64,000 bases of DNA, taken from NCBI GenBank assembly GCA_964016885.1, contig OZ024740.1, positions 337,590,001 to 337,654,000 of the forward strand, in the 5' to 3' direction. Each line of letters starts with the position of its first letter. Within the stretch, counting starts at the first letter, position 1. Origin of the DNA: Eledone cirrhosa (Eukaryota). Under the pieces are notes generated by a model that saw nothing but the letters and a program-made list of their open reading frames with translations, did not search any database and was not told where the DNA came from. The translations under genes were made by a program, and so were the position numbers. Below are positions 12,820 to 26,952 of this stretch, piece by piece.

Positions 12820-12994
12820 TAAAATAACAGATTAAAGTTTAAGCAAAGAATCGCTGCTTTCACCCTTAACGGGATCTTCTGAAATTAAAGAGGTCAATCT
12901 GTGAATGCAGAAGTAAATATTTCAAAAAACGTTGCAACCGAAGGAAGACAGGAAGACTAGTCTTCAAATTTATTATTATTACTATATATATAGT

Positions 12995-14992
12995 AGTGAT
13001 ACAACCCCACATCACCAACACGAGCGAAATTGCACAGCAATTACATGATGGGAGAGAGAAAATCCTCAACGCTCACATGAGGATGTGGACCGACATCCTA
13101 AAGCCAAGCAGACGCACTGCCAACAACTTCCAGGCGTCTAACAATGGCATACCACCCTTGATGGGCTCCGCAAAGACCACAAGACAGTCGACAACCCGAC
13201 AACAGGACCACCAACAAGACCCGCATGCGGAGCAAATATAGCTAGCAACTACAGGATCTCCTACTTCCTCTCACTGGTTATACACCACATAATCAAGATG
13301 TCCCCAGATGTATGTGACAGTACAGAGGACCTCCTCAGCAGAATCAGTGAGTGCAACAAAAACAGGAACCTATCCAACTGCATAATAGGCAGCATGGATG
13401 TGGTATCACTGTACCCATCCATTAACATTGATTTTGCTGTGGAAAAATGTGTGGAGATGATCATTGAGAGTGAGGTGGAGTTCTGCGACGTCGACACAGA
13501 CGAACTGGGCCTCCTACTTAGACTTACCTATGACACTGACTACCTAGACAGCCATGACCTTAGACGTTTCTGCCCCAGTAGACCCATAAGAGGTAGACCC
13601 CCCACCATAACCTCAATGGCTAAGAAGACTCCCATAGGAAGGTGGGTTGGGTGGACCAAAGCCATATGGACCCCCAAAACAATGATCAGGTAATAAAAAT
13701 GGTCGCACATGCAATAGGGGCTAGTATCAAAACTACCCTAAAGGGCCACATATTCAAGTTCAACAAGAAGATCTACACCCAAAGTGAGGGAGCAGCCATT
13801 GGCGTCAGCATAGCTGGTGATGTTGCCAACCTTTTTATGGTATGGTGGGAAAAGAGACTTAAAGATCTCCTTAATGAGAGCTCCATAGACCTCATCATGT
13901 ACTCTCGTTACGTAGACGATATCAATATAGTTATAAGAACATCCCCACAAGAGAGCACTAATAAGTTTGATTTAGAACGTAGCACAATGGAAAGCATCCA
14001 GCAGATAGCTAATTCCATACACCAGAGTATAACTGTAACTATCGACTACCCTTCCAAACACCCTAACAATAGACTACCTGTATTAGACACGGAACTCTGG
14101 ATTAACACTATAGACGAGAGAGCCCAAATTCTCCACTCACACTATGCTAAACCCATGGCCTCCAAATACCTGATACTCAAAAACTCAGCAATGTCCAGTA
14201 GTGCTAAGTTTAATATTCTGATCGCAGACTTGGTACGAGTGATGAAGAACGTGTCCCGCATGTGCGACCCAACAGAAATGGAAAGACACATCCAACAGTT
14301 CATCAACTGCATGCAGTTCTCTGGCTACAACCAAAGAGACAGAATCAGAGTATACAAAGGAGCCACGGAGAAGTATAAGACCCTCATAGAACTGGACATG
14401 AAAGGAATTTGCCTATTATACAGGAGAAAATCATGGAATAGCTTAGATAGGGCTAGACATAAGATAGGGAAAGCCACCTCATGGTACGACAACCAGAGAT
14501 ACCAGAGTGTCATGTTTGTGGATGCTACCTCTGGAGGGAAATTAGCTAACCAGTGTAGAAAGGCCCTGAGAAAGACCCACTTAAAGATTAAGGTGGTAGA
14601 AAAGCCAGGAACCACCATAAAATCCCTGATCAGCAAAACCTACTCTTTTAAGAAAACTCACTGTACTAATAGGAAATGTATCATATGTAAGGTAAACCCC
14701 CGGATAAACTGTAAAACTAGAAACGTAGTCTATAGCATAAGATGTAGAGAGGGTACTTGCAGAAACATGACAACAACATACATAGGCGAGAGTACTATAC
14801 GAACATGCTAGACAACAACACAATGGTAACATAGACAACATAGAAATTAGAATAATATCTAAACATAGAAATGACCCAGCAGATAGGCAAATCAGAGAGG
14901 CCAGTGAAATAGAACTTAGAAGGCCAAGGCTAAACAGAAAAAATGAATGGAATAACAACAACACCCAAACAAACAACACTGACCTAAGATAA
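12995..14992 (+). pseudogene. Decayed Penelope-like element, RT + GIY-YIG
   Basis: Frameshifted ORFs 12996-13241, 13298-13693 (GSMDVVSLYPSI), 13642-14811 (YTQSEGAAIG, SRYVDD, LPVLD, NVVYSIRC...YIGES); further frame ...RQIREASEI...PRLNRKNEW. Confidence 0.85.
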
Positions 14993-15599
14993 GTATAAAT
15001 AAATAAATAAATAGATAAATAAATAGATAAATAAATAAATAAATACATACACAAGCACAATAACAACAAACACATATAAACACACACTGGTAAAGATAGA
15101 ATACATTAACCAATACACAGCCACCCAATCACGAACACACATCAAACAAAACACTATACACACACGCAAACGCATGCGCAAAGAAGACAAAATAAAATAA
15201 ACAAATAAATAAATATATAAACAGACTAAATAAAGATGGCGTAGAAAATACAATGCAACGGGAGGAAACAATAGCACCACTGACGATGTTGCAGATGTGC
15301 TACAAAAGAACTTTGATAAACTATATATATGTGTTTGTGTCTATATTGTATCTGTATTTTTGACCGTTGGTCAGTCAATGGCAACATTGAGGACCGAATA
15401 AATTAGATTACCGATATAAATGACACAGAAGCGAAAAGCGAAAACCAACCAAACAGTGAGTGTGTTCTGTTATTAATTCTGGCAATATTACACAAATATG
15501 ACCCTCCCCAAGTATAACAATATTTGTTTCGACACACAATTTCATATCAAAAACCTCGCAAAACTAATTCATCGCCGTTATACTATATATATATATTAT

Positions 15600-15929
15600 A
15601 ACATGGCTTAGTGGTTAGAGCATTGGCCTTGCAATCGAAAGGTTGTGAGTTCAATTCTCAGACCGGGTGATGTGTTGTTTCCTTGAGCAAGACACTTTAT
15701 TTCACATTGCTCCAGTTTACTCAGCTGTAGAAATGAGATGATAGGGACTGGGGTCCATATCATTCCACTGCAAAGTGGTCGTGGAGGTGCCACAGCAAAA
15801 AAAGCACCCTAGCACTCACTGTAAATGAGGTTGGTGTTAGGAAGGGCATCCAGCTGTAGAAATCAAGCTAGAATCAGTTCCGTCCTACCCTTGCAAGCAG
15901 GGAAAAAGCAGACGTAAAATGAAATGATG

Positions 15930-15932
<3 letters not shown>
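15600..15932 (+). mobile_element. Composite of CORE-like SINE head, RTE-B 3' UTR and RTE-A 3' tail
   Basis: Sequential matches to 35965ff, 48705-48865 and 5685-5730. Confidence 0.65.
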
Positions 15933-15960
<28 letters not shown>

Positions 15961-15992
15961 GGAGTAGAAACACAACATTTAGTTCACTATGC

Positions 15993-16030
15993 CGAGAACA
16001 ATTGTTTCACCTTAGCGGATCTTCAGCTCG
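15993..16030 (-). ncRNA. Minimal hammerhead motif
   Basis: cgag-CTGAAGA-tccgctaaggt-GAAA-caattg-TT-ctcg; lies inside the inverted repeat 15962-16075. Confidence 0.7.
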
Positions 16031-16136
16031 TACTGTTCTCGGTATGGTGAACTAACTGTTGTGTTTCTACTTCTACCAAACTCGTCCCATGCACTGAGTG
16101 CTCTACCACTATGGATATTACCTTCTAGTGTTCTAC

Positions 16137-16168
<32 letters not shown>

Positions 16169-16429
16169 GTTTACACATGTGTGTGGTTAACCCCCTCTCT
16201 TCTCTCTATGTTAAATCTAATATAGCAAGATTCTTTCTACCCTAAATAGACAGGCACTACCTTGCCAAATATAGACATAGAAAACATTTGAACTGACACA
16301 ACTTGAAAATAAGTTACAGTTGTACCACGGACATGAAAATATAATGTTTCATACACACACACACACATATATATATACCAACAAAACTGAAGCCACATGC
16401 TCATATATAAACACAAATAAATACCCACT

Positions 16430-16830
16430 ATATAAATTCTGCAATGTAGAAGCCATAACCTTTTATGCGTAGGTTGCCTCTATAAGATCTAACTTAGATG
16501 TGGTACTTAAATGATACCTACGCATGACAGAAAGGACATTTCAGCAAAGTTATATATCCTTTTTTAGACATATAGAAAAAAAGAAGCAATAAAAAAAATT
16601 AGCTGAATACATCTGGAAATTAAAGAAAATGCTTCAGATCCCAACATTAAATGGAAAAATCATTGAAATATCTAAATCCTTAAAAAATGAAAGCAAATGG
16701 TATGATCTTTGCTCAACAGAGAAAATAAAAATCCTCAAAACTATATATAATCAGAACTTCTATTCAAACACAAAATCTGAGGGGTTCAAGGAAATGTTCA
16801 CACGTCAAGAGGCCTATGTTACGGACATAG
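16430..16830 (+). pseudogene. Relic GIY-YIG C-terminus of a PLE
   Basis: KIIEISKS..SKWYDLCSTEKIKI...SNTKSE resembles WRQVAKS..CNLCLAESHSI...LNRKSE of the 843-aa ORF. Confidence 0.5.
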
Positions 16831-17971
16831 GAAAAAATCCCATAAATGCATGGATATTTGAAATTGCTTCATATTTGGTGTTATATTTTTATTATACTGT
16901 CTCTTTCCTCTTTTATCTTTCTTTTTTCTCTCATTTCTCAACCTAATGTTTTTTTCAAATAACTACATTCTTCTCCCTCCCCCCACTCCATTGTTATTAT
17001 GTTCTTCCTCACCACTGTTAATGCATTTATGCCTCTTAATTTTATGTAACCTATTTTCTGTTTTTTGATTTTCAACAATATAAATCTTTTTCTCTTCTTA
17101 CATCCATCGGTCTCAAAAGACCATAGATTTACACCTGGAGAATTTTGTTTCAGCTGCTGATGGTGGTGTTTATGTTGTAGCAGTACTGGTCCACACAGAG
17201 TAACAGTCTTGTATGCAACAACTAAATTTGCCTGATTGATACGAGCTCAGATGACTAGCTGGTTTCCTGAAATTTCTGTTGCATATAGTTATTTCATTTA
17301 CATCACAGAATTCCAGGAGACTCAATCCCTCTCCATTTCTTGAGTCATAACCATAGCCACCATGAACTCCACTGAATCCATCCTATCTATTGAAGTCACC
17401 AACCAAGATGATGAGGTCTCTTTCATCAGTACCTGACATTGTCTGTAAAAGAAAAGTTCCCCATGAACCTGGCCTTTTGCACTTTATTCAGTCCTGCCCG
17501 TGGAGCATAGATAGATGTAATTGTCACCATTCTATTTCTTACAGCTGTTTTAAGCTTGATAATTCTGTCACTTACTCTAACTACCTTTATCACCTTATCT
17601 ATCTATTTCTCAGCAAGTAAGGTGCCTACACTACCTATCACATTGTCATTTCCTACCCAGTAAAGTTTGTTTCTACATTGTTTGCCTGTGAGTAGTCACA
17701 CTGTGGTACCCCCCACCTCACCTCTTGTACACAACAAATATCCACTTCTCTCATCCCTAACAGCTCTATAATTTCATCTGATTTACCTTTCAGGGAGCCA
17801 ACATTGAGGGTGGCAGTCATAAGATTTATACCTTGACAGTAGTTACTTCATTTGGTAAAAGTTCTATGTAGCTAAAAAGGAAAGAGGCTGTGCAATTGTT
17901 TGATGGCAGTTGAGGGGTTCTCTCACACTTTGCAGCATGGACTGGGTGCAATATTCATGCCACCAGCACTA

Positions 17972-18031
<60 letters not shown>

Positions 18032-18829
18032 GCGAGAGAGAGAGAGCGAGAGATAGAGAGGGAGAGCGAGAGAGAAAGCCACGTGCTATTATGCATTGTG
18101 TGATGGCTTGCTTGCTATGGGGATATAGTAAGCAAAAAGCAAAAGCACATCCAGTAATAGGAATCCCCCCCCCCCCCCCCCAAAAAAAAAAAACGTCTAG
18201 AAGACTCTTCAGCTCTGCCAAGGACATGTTGGTGTCACAATAAAATGACCACATTTGGTGGTCAGAGGCTCCGTTTAAGTGCTGTTTGGTCTGTGATGAC
18301 GTGTCAGACCTTTGTTAGCAAGGAAAATAAACATTAAATGAAGATGATGATGATAGTGATATGTATATATATATACATGTTTGTATAACATTGGAAAGAG
18401 ATTATGATGATGATGATGATGATGATACATATGTATATGTCTTTGTATAACATTGGAAAGAAAATTGATCAACTGGTGCTTTTGAACAAAAACACCTCAT
18501 AGTATTTGTTCTGGTCCAGTTGTATGGACACTTCTTTGTCACCCTTGCCATGAACTAATGATTAGTCTATTGGAAAGCTGTAACCAATGATGCTATTGTT
18601 AAGAACATGTGATATAAATAAATAAATAGTAGCTGACTAAATTAATAAATGTGATATAGTGTGAATATTGAAGATGAGAGAGAGACCATGTGAATAGCTT
18701 AAGATTATGGATAAAGTGTGCAATAAGTGTTTTTTAAATTTTATATCTCTTTTATTGAACAGTATATAATATAATATAACATACTATAATCATTATATAA
18801 TAAAGTGAAGATAAGAACCTCACTGTCAG

Positions 18830-19115
18830 TAAGCTGACTCCCCCAAACATCTCGAACCCACAGGCTGGAAAATGTAGTTAGCTGACGGTATTTTAGGATT
18901 TTGCGCAGTTCAGCTGCGGATGCTGTAGCTCTCGCCCTTACCACTGCATCCAGGATGTGGGAAGAAGCTAAAGAGTCATTAACTGTGACGTCCCAGATTA
19001 GGCACCTGCCTCTTGACCAGGGGAACAGGGTAAGGTCATCAGGTTGTTTCCCATCAATTCTGGACAACCCAGAGAGTTCTAAAATTGAGGGGATGTTTGC
19101 CCAGGCCAAAGCTCT
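18830..19115 (-). pseudogene. CRE-like LINE restriction-like endonuclease fragment
   Basis: GLSRIDGKQPDDLTLFPWSRGRCLIWDVTV...AELRKILKY; paralog at 41547-42010, 3' relic at 8565-8655. Confidence 0.65.
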
Positions 19116-19373
19116 TAAGTGGTAATAGGACAGTAGGTGTATGTGCGCGTATATGAGTCTGTCAGCATTCTTAATTTAGAGACGTGTGCATGTGTCATAT
19201 ATATGTGTGTGTGTGTGTCATATATATACATGTGTGTGTGTCGCCGTTTTTAAGTTAGAGACATATATATGTGTATCCCCTTCCTTCCTTTTACACACAC
19301 ATACATTCACACAAACACACACACACATTGTGTGATGGATGGATGAAAAGAAGTCGCTCAAATTTATATACAT

Positions 19374-19990
19374 GTGAATGGAGTTCCACTGAAGCAGGTA
19401 GAGAAGTTCAAATATCTCGGGGCCGTATTCACGAGTGATAGAAGGCAGGAGGCTGAATTAAGTGCAAGAATTGCAGAAGCTGATTCAGTAACGTGCCAGC
19501 TTCAGCATTCAGTAATCAGAAGGGAGGTAGGTGTAAAAGCCAAATTTGTTGTCTTCCTGGTATTCCTGCGAACACTTACCAAGAGTCATGAATCTTGGGT
19601 AATAAGCGAAAGAATACAATTGCAAATACGAGCAGCCAAAATGGGGTTCCTCCAAATGCTCTTTGGAGTAACTTTAGTCGATAAAGTGCATAGCTTGGAG
19701 ATCAGAGAGCCACTCTGCTGCTACTTCTCCAACTTGAGAGATCACATGGGCATGGGGTTAGAATGTCTCAGGAAAGAATCGCTGGACAGATTTTACAGGT
19801 TAAACCAACTGGCAGGAGACCCAGAGTTAGACCTCCAGCAAGATAGTTGGATTACATCCATGAACTTGGCTGGTCATGCTTTGAGATCTAGCTGGATCAG
19901 TTAGAGATGTTTGCTTCTGACAGACTCGCTGAAATGAGTGTTTGAGGAGGACTGTGCCCCCATGACCCTTTCAGAAATAAGTGGGCAAAG
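19374..19990 (+). mobile_element. Decayed Expander/Rex3-like RTE 3' fragment
   Basis: NGVPLKQVEKFKYLGAVFTSDRRQEAELSARI. Confidence 0.75.
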
Positions 19991-22179
19991 AAGAAGATAT
20001 TGTCAATTTACTTTTCAATTTACATATCATATCTATATGCTTATATATTTGCGTATGATACCAATATGCACACTACATATACTAACAGATACATACACTA
20101 CATATACTAGCAGAAAACTGCCCAAAGGGGTTTCTTCTGCTAGTATAATATAATAAACTATAATATAATATAGTATAATATAATATAATATGATATAGTA
20201 TAACATAATATAATATAGTATAGTATTATATAATATAAATTCATCATCACCATTTAACATCTATTTTCCATGCTTGCATGGCTGTCACGTGCTGAGGTCA
20301 GACTGAGCAGCTGACAAGATTCTGCTCATGTGCTTTGTTTTAGCTCAGTTTCTATGGCTTCATGCCCTTCCTAACATGAACTGCTTCACAACATGTACTG
20401 GGAGCATGGTTTCTATGGCTGGATGCCTTTCCTAACATTAACAACTTTGCAGAGTGTACTGGGAACATTTTATCATGACTCCAGCACTACCACGTTACAG
20501 GGTGGACTGGATGCTTTTCATCAGGGAACCAGCACTACTATCTTACATGATATAATATATGATATTGCATAATTTATGATATAATATAATGTATAATATT
20601 TAATATAAGTTAGACACAAATCCATGGCCTGTTTGACTGACTTAGTCTATGTAGATCCATCCAACCCTTGCTAACAGGGAAAGCAGATATTAAAATGATG
20701 ACAATGATGATGAGGAATATACAAAAAGTTTCAATAACAGAAACCTTTTAGCTGTTTTACAGCTTCCCTTGTTTCCTCTTTTCTTTTTCATTTTCTTATT
20801 CATAATCTGCCTCCCATTGGCCTTCAATATTTGAAATCTTTTTTTTTTTCCTTAAATTTATTTTAATCACTTGTCTCACTAGGTCTTTTTGATTACCAAC
20901 TGTAAGGATTACTTAATACTTCCTCTAGTTTGTCATCATGGCTTAATAGCTCTATACACATGTTTAAATTGAATAAATACATAAATAAATCAATAATACA
21001 ATATAATATAGTGTCAATTTGCAATGCATACATGTACAGCCCACAAGGCAAATGAACAATAACAACAAAAATGAGTTTGAAAGAAATATAAGTAAAAGCA
21101 TGTACAATCCTTCAATTAAATATTACAAAAGTCTGCTTGGTTAGAGAGGTGGCTATAGCGTGAGTGTCTAAAAACAAAAAGGTGTGTTCAGCAAGTAGTT
21201 TTTAAGAATGAGGGTTTTAAAGTAAATAATGAAGCTGAATAAATTTAGGAATACAATTTTATTGATTTGTTTCAAAAGTAAAACTGGAAAAACTTTGTTA
21301 CAATATTGTATTAAAAGTCTGTTTTGAGCTGAGAGACTCATCGAGTGAGAGCTTCTTCCAGTTTCATGTGGCATTAAGTGAACAAAAGTAAAGTACAAGG
21401 CTGCATTTCAAATGGGACACCACTCAAATATAAAGTTAAACCCCAAGCTGCTGCTCATTTTTTCCATTGAGCAAAATGAAGCAATGTGAAATTGCTCAAG
21501 GATAAAATGCATTGCCTGGTCACAAGATTGAACCCATGACCTTATGACCATGAGACTAACACCCTAACTATGAGTCTACATGCCTTCATGACAATGTTTT
21601 ATAGTTAGAAAAAGTTAGTATTTGAGGGTCTATATAAGGAAACAAAATGATAGTTATAGTAAAAAAAAAGGTGGGAGGAGAGATTTAATATACAATTGGG
21701 AAAATCCTGGGAAAAAGGACAAAAGTTAGAAGATAGAAAATATATAATTGCCATTTGAAGTAGAATCCAATTCTTTCCCTTCAAATGTTATAGGAAAATA
21801 GCATAAAAACTCTTCAGAATATAAACAGTTTTTTGTAATGAATATTTGAAAAGAAATATAGGAATAAAAATAGTCTCCTCCAAAACTACAATTCTTTTCA
21901 TATTAAAGTAAAATAATTGGAAAAATAATCAAAGGAAGTTTCAGATGTAGAACTGTATATAGAAAGCAATTCAGTGATAATGGTACTGGAAAAATTTGAA
22001 AAGAATCTTTGAACCAGATAGAGGAAGTCTCTCTCAAGTTATTTGGTACAGAAAAACTGATCAAATAAATAGGTTAAAATATTAGAACGTTCAATATCTT
22101 CTAATTTATGAAATTCATAGAATCAACAAAGAGGAAATCACACCCACCATATTTATTTCACAAAATTATCTAATAAAAT

Positions 22180-22800
22180 GCTTGACCAATTTGAGCATTC
22201 TGTATCTAGTATGCAAAATTGTAAGCAGCTCTGAATCCTTGTTAAAAGATGAATTCTGGAAAACAATATTTGATATGCTTCTATGGTACATAACTTACAT
22301 GGTTTGCTGGAATGGCTTTACAGTTTGGTTGCATCAGTTATTTCCCACTTTATATTGAAGTTGGTGTTATTGGTCCTAAGACTCCACACAAATGAAAGTT
22401 GAGAAACTTCTGTTATTGGTTCTTTGGTAGATCTTAAATGAATAAATATGCTTGAAATATTGGGGTTTGAAAGGGTTGATGTCAGTCGAATATACGATCC
22501 ACTATAAGTCAGTAAATAATTCTTTTAGATCTTTATCTAAGTGGACATAATTTGGGCTTGTATAATTACAAGAAAAAATTTAGATTATCCATGGTCTCCT
22601 ACAATTTAGATTTATTCAAAATAAGAAACTTTAATGTATTTTTAACAAATAATTTCATAATTTCATATTCATGTTTAGTAACGACGAGGAAATGCTTTTT
22701 TCAACAGTTTAAAGAAAAGGATGAGTTTAACTATATTCATGTTAGATCTACCTTTATGATTGTTTCTCATTTGTATTTGAAACAGAATCAAATTTCTCTA
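22180..22800 (-). pseudogene. Highly decayed PLE GIY-YIG relic
   Basis: Manual translation gives YIRLTST..., FVWSLRTNNTNFNIKWEI..., CKLCTIEAYQI. Confidence 0.45.
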
Positions 22801-25735
22801 CCTTTTTGTCTCAATAACAGAAACATCTGTTTTCATTGCTAGATTTTACCACCCATTCAGGTTTGTATCTATCTAATGAATTACCAATTTATAACACCAC
22901 ATCAGACATATTAGTTTTCTGAAACAACTAAATGATGTTGTGGAACTGTTAATTAAGCAACATTCTAAGTGTTTTTACTTTGGTTTCACTAAATTTGTAA
23001 ATTTCCATTTATGTTTAATTAATACCAGTAAATTGTTAAAGTCAGTATCCATTTACTCAATTCTTAAAAGTTGTATGTTAGCAACTGAAAGACTTTTAAC
23101 AAATGGAAATAATATGAGTGAAGATTAAAATGACAGCTGCTGAACTTCCAGGATTACTGCTTTTCTATTTTGGCTTAGAAGAAAATGTAAGTAATTAATC
23201 TTCTAGAATTTGATAGTTCTGTTGCCAACATGGATTTCAGAAACTGCTGAATATACAAAATTCCCCAATTTCTTTTCTTTTTCTTTTCTTTTGTGTATTC
23301 ACCTGCAGATCATATGTTCTCAACCTCAGCATAGAGGTCACCTTCTAAAGATATCCTATAATGTATATGCTTCAGTTAGAGGTAAAGAATATTGTTAGGT
23401 ATGGTAAAGGAGAGAGTAGAGGTAGAGTTATCATTAGGGAGAATGTATATGGTAGAGACAGGCATAGGGTTAAGGTTAATGATAGTGTTAAAGTTGGGTA
23501 TAGGGTGTTAATGTTAGAGTTATGCATAGAGTTAGGGTTAGAGGTAAGTTTATGGATAGAAGTGGAAGAATATATAACCTGTCTATGATGACCAGCACAA
23601 TTTAATATTGCAAAGAGGAACTATAAATCTAACATACCCACAGACCAGCTGTGCACTTTTTAGAGGATATAGTTTTAAAAAAATCCATGTCATTTCTGAT
23701 GAAGCTTGGCTCCTTTTTACATAGAGGTTTTAGTATCACATCTAATAGGTTGCTTAGACATTGTGTGTTTGGCTAACTCTCAGATATAAAGATATTTTGA
23801 TTTCTATTTGAACTTATCCAAAGATGATTCCTCTGATGATTAGTTTCATGTCTTCTGTAGCTTTACCTAAATTGATAGTGTGTAATTGATAATTGATTAC
23901 TTAGATTGAGTTTTGCTTCGGTTTATGAACTATGAAACGGTATAGTAAGGAAAATAACAACTTTTCTACGTTTCCTAAATATTATGTTCTTTATATATAT
24001 ATGTACAAATACTATGTGCTTCTCAAACGATATATGGCGCTTTCTTTCTATATATATACATATATCTTTTAATTTGAATTATATATATATATATATATAT
24101 AGTGTGTGTGTGTTTACCTCTCCTTCCAAATTTTCATGATATTCACTTCTCATTTGTACTTACACCCCTATCCTCGCCATCACTACCACCCAGCTTTTTA
24201 CTGTTTTTTCGACAATAATATATAAATACACTTATTTCACTAATTTTATGATTTTTCACCAAAGGTCTTTTGTTCACCACAATAAGGCACCATCACTTAA
24301 TCACCCTTTATTTCTCCTATCATAAAACACTCATTTCTCATTTGTAAAATACACCAACATTTTATTGCTTTTTCAACTTTATCACTTTAATCTCATTTTG
24401 TTTCTTCACCAATGGTCTTTCTCATTTAATCATCTTTTTGGCTTTGTTTTCTTCATTTGTACATACACTCTTACAGCTCTACTCCCAAACTCCCCATTCC
24501 TCTCTCCCTATATATATATATATATATATGAAAAGATTCAGGACCCCCCACCCCGACGGCTGATTTTTTTTTTTTTTTTTTTGACTGGATGCCCATATAT
24601 GGACTGTACCCCTTGATAAGTTCAGCTAGATTCCTGCTGTTGCAATACTGGTGGCTTAGTTCAGATCTATTTGTCGAAACAGCTGGAGCTCAGCTGTCAG
24701 GATCCTGAATCTTTTCATATTACCCACTCTACTACCCCAAGTATCGAGTACTCTGGTGTGTTATGGTCTAATATCAATAATGACTTAGTGTAAAGATTTG
24801 AATTATTAAAGAACACCAACAACCAGTGAAGTCATTATATATATCTGGCTTTAAGAGGAATCTGAAGTGATATGCAAGAGAGAAGACTGCATTGGTACAG
24901 ACATGTGATGCATATGGATGATGATTGCTGGATGAAGAAGTGCCAAGAAATAGAGATAGATCAAGGAAGACCTGGGCAGAGAAGTTGAGAGCTGATCTCA
25001 AGTTGCTGAGACACAGAGAAGATGATGAAAGAGTACAGTGTGTGGAGGGATGCTGTGCTGAAAAGGACCGTCTAACCCATGCAAGTGTGGAAAGGTTGAC
25101 ATAAAAACAATGATGATGATGATATATATAAATATTATTCCTCCATACTTTATTTGAGACCACATTATCACTTTTTAAAGATAGTAGGGTGTCCTTTTAA
25201 ACATATTTAGATGAAATTTATACAGGTTGAGTGGTTGCACTGTAAATCACTCATTGGTTCACAAAGAGCATGTTTGTTTACATCTGTTTCCATCACCTTT
25301 GAAATACTGTGTGTATCTGGTTTACAATAGGTACACCATACCCCTGCATATTGTAAGAAGTGACTAAAAGGTTTGGTGTTGGGAAAGGCATCTAGCTGTA
25401 AAACATTGCCTCAAAAAATCCTTTCCAACCCATACCAGAATGAACAAGTCAATGTAAAAACAGTGTTGATGATGATGATGAGAATAATTGGCAGGGTCAG
25501 AGCAGTTGAGTTTTTTTTATTGATAAAACATATTTTGGGTAAAAGATATACCCTAAATACACAAAGTAAATCCTGCATGGATTTGAACCTAAGACTCATG
25601 AGTTAGTAGTTTAATACACTAACTACTTAGGACCTTTTAACTCTATTTAGTTTCCTTTAGCAATGGAAACTGACCATTTCTACATCCATTATAACAATCT
25701 AACCACTTCTGTGTTTAATATCAGTAGACTGGTCA

Positions 25736-25946
25736 AGGGCAGTGGATTAGCAGTATCGGTAGAGCATCGGACAACATGCTTTATGGCATAGAGTTACTGC
25801 CCTTTACAATCTGAGTTCAAATCCTGCCGAGGTTAACTTTGCCTTTCATCCTTATGGAGTCGATAAAATAAAGTACCAGTAATGCAGTGGAGTCAGTTTT
25901 TTTCCCCTCCCTCAAAATTGTTGGCCTTGTGCCTAAATCTGAAATC
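25736..25946 (+). mobile_element. tRNA-derived SINE (second family) with TSD
   Basis: B-box gagttcaaatcc; central gcctttcatcc...gtcgataaaataaagtaccag; TSD aatatcagtagactg at 25717 and 25947. Confidence 0.85.
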
Positions 25947-26189
25947 AATATCAGTAGACTGATCATATACCCATCAACAGACCTATCTACCATCTTTCTA
26001 CTTACCTACATACCTATCTATCTACATACTTATATACCTACCTACCCACATACCTACATATATACTTACCTAGTTACCTACCTACATACCTATGTAAAAG
26101 GTAAACAGAAATAACAAAAATAACCAAACAAACAGCACAGTACATGGAAGAAATATATTAGTTTATCGCTTGAAATAGCAGGAAGAGAG

Positions 26190-26225
26190 TCTTAACGTTT
26201 CGGACACTAGTCCTTCATCAGAAGA
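26190..26225 (-). ncRNA. Minimal hammerhead ribozyme
   Basis: tctt-CTGATGA-a-ggac tagt gtcc-GAAA-cg-TT-aaga. Confidence 0.7.
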
Positions 26226-26744
26226 TAGAGTTAGAAAGAGAAGATAAATGGATCCACCGTAGGCTCTTTCGGCCGCCACCTGTTTTCCTGTCGCTACAGT
26301 GCCAGCCACCTTCCACGCCATGCTGCTCTCAATGAGGTCATAAAGCATAGTTTGGATGCTGCAGGTTTCCCCTCCCAGCTTGAACCAGCGGGGCTGGACT
26401 GAGGGGACGGTAAAAGGCTAGATGTCATGACCATCCAACAGGTTTGTGGTCGAGCTTATTGCAGTGAAGACTTCTGGTGTCATTGTCTCTAGGACCACCT
26501 CCCTACTCACCACCATTGGCACAGAGTTGGCTACCTGCAAGTGTGAGCTTTGCAAGCTGGAATGGCTCTTCCAGCATGTCTCCCTCATCATCCTCCAGAG
26601 AAACACCTTCTCTATTCTGTCCACCAGGGCTGCAGGGCAGCCAACATGTGGGGCCCCATTTGCTCATAATAGTAAAAGATAGGGAGAGTGGGAGAGACAG
26701 AAGCAGTGACAGTGTGAGTTTGGTTCCATTGTGTTTGGACCTGG

Positions 26745-26952
26745 TGTCATCATCATCATCATCATCATCAGGTTTAGCGTCCGTGTTCCACGCTTGCATG
26801 GGTTTGGACGGGGTTTTCCCACTTGAGGCAAGAGTGGTTGTCTTGCTCGCATAGGACTGTCTGGCGGGTTTTCTACAGTTGGATGCCCTTCCTAACACCA
26901 ACCACATTTACAGTGTGGGGCTGGGAGATTTTTACCGTGTTGCCTACACGGT
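26745..26952 (-). mobile_element. RTE family C 3' fragment
   Basis: Matches 53757-53950; (GAT)n tail. Confidence 0.8.

Noticed and set aside
23130-23192. Possible short exon MTAAELPGLLLFYFGLEEN|gtaagt
   Set aside because: Too short, with no homology and no partner exon
25736-25830. tRNA gene
   Set aside because: A/B boxes belong to a multi-copy SINE head; no cloverleaf
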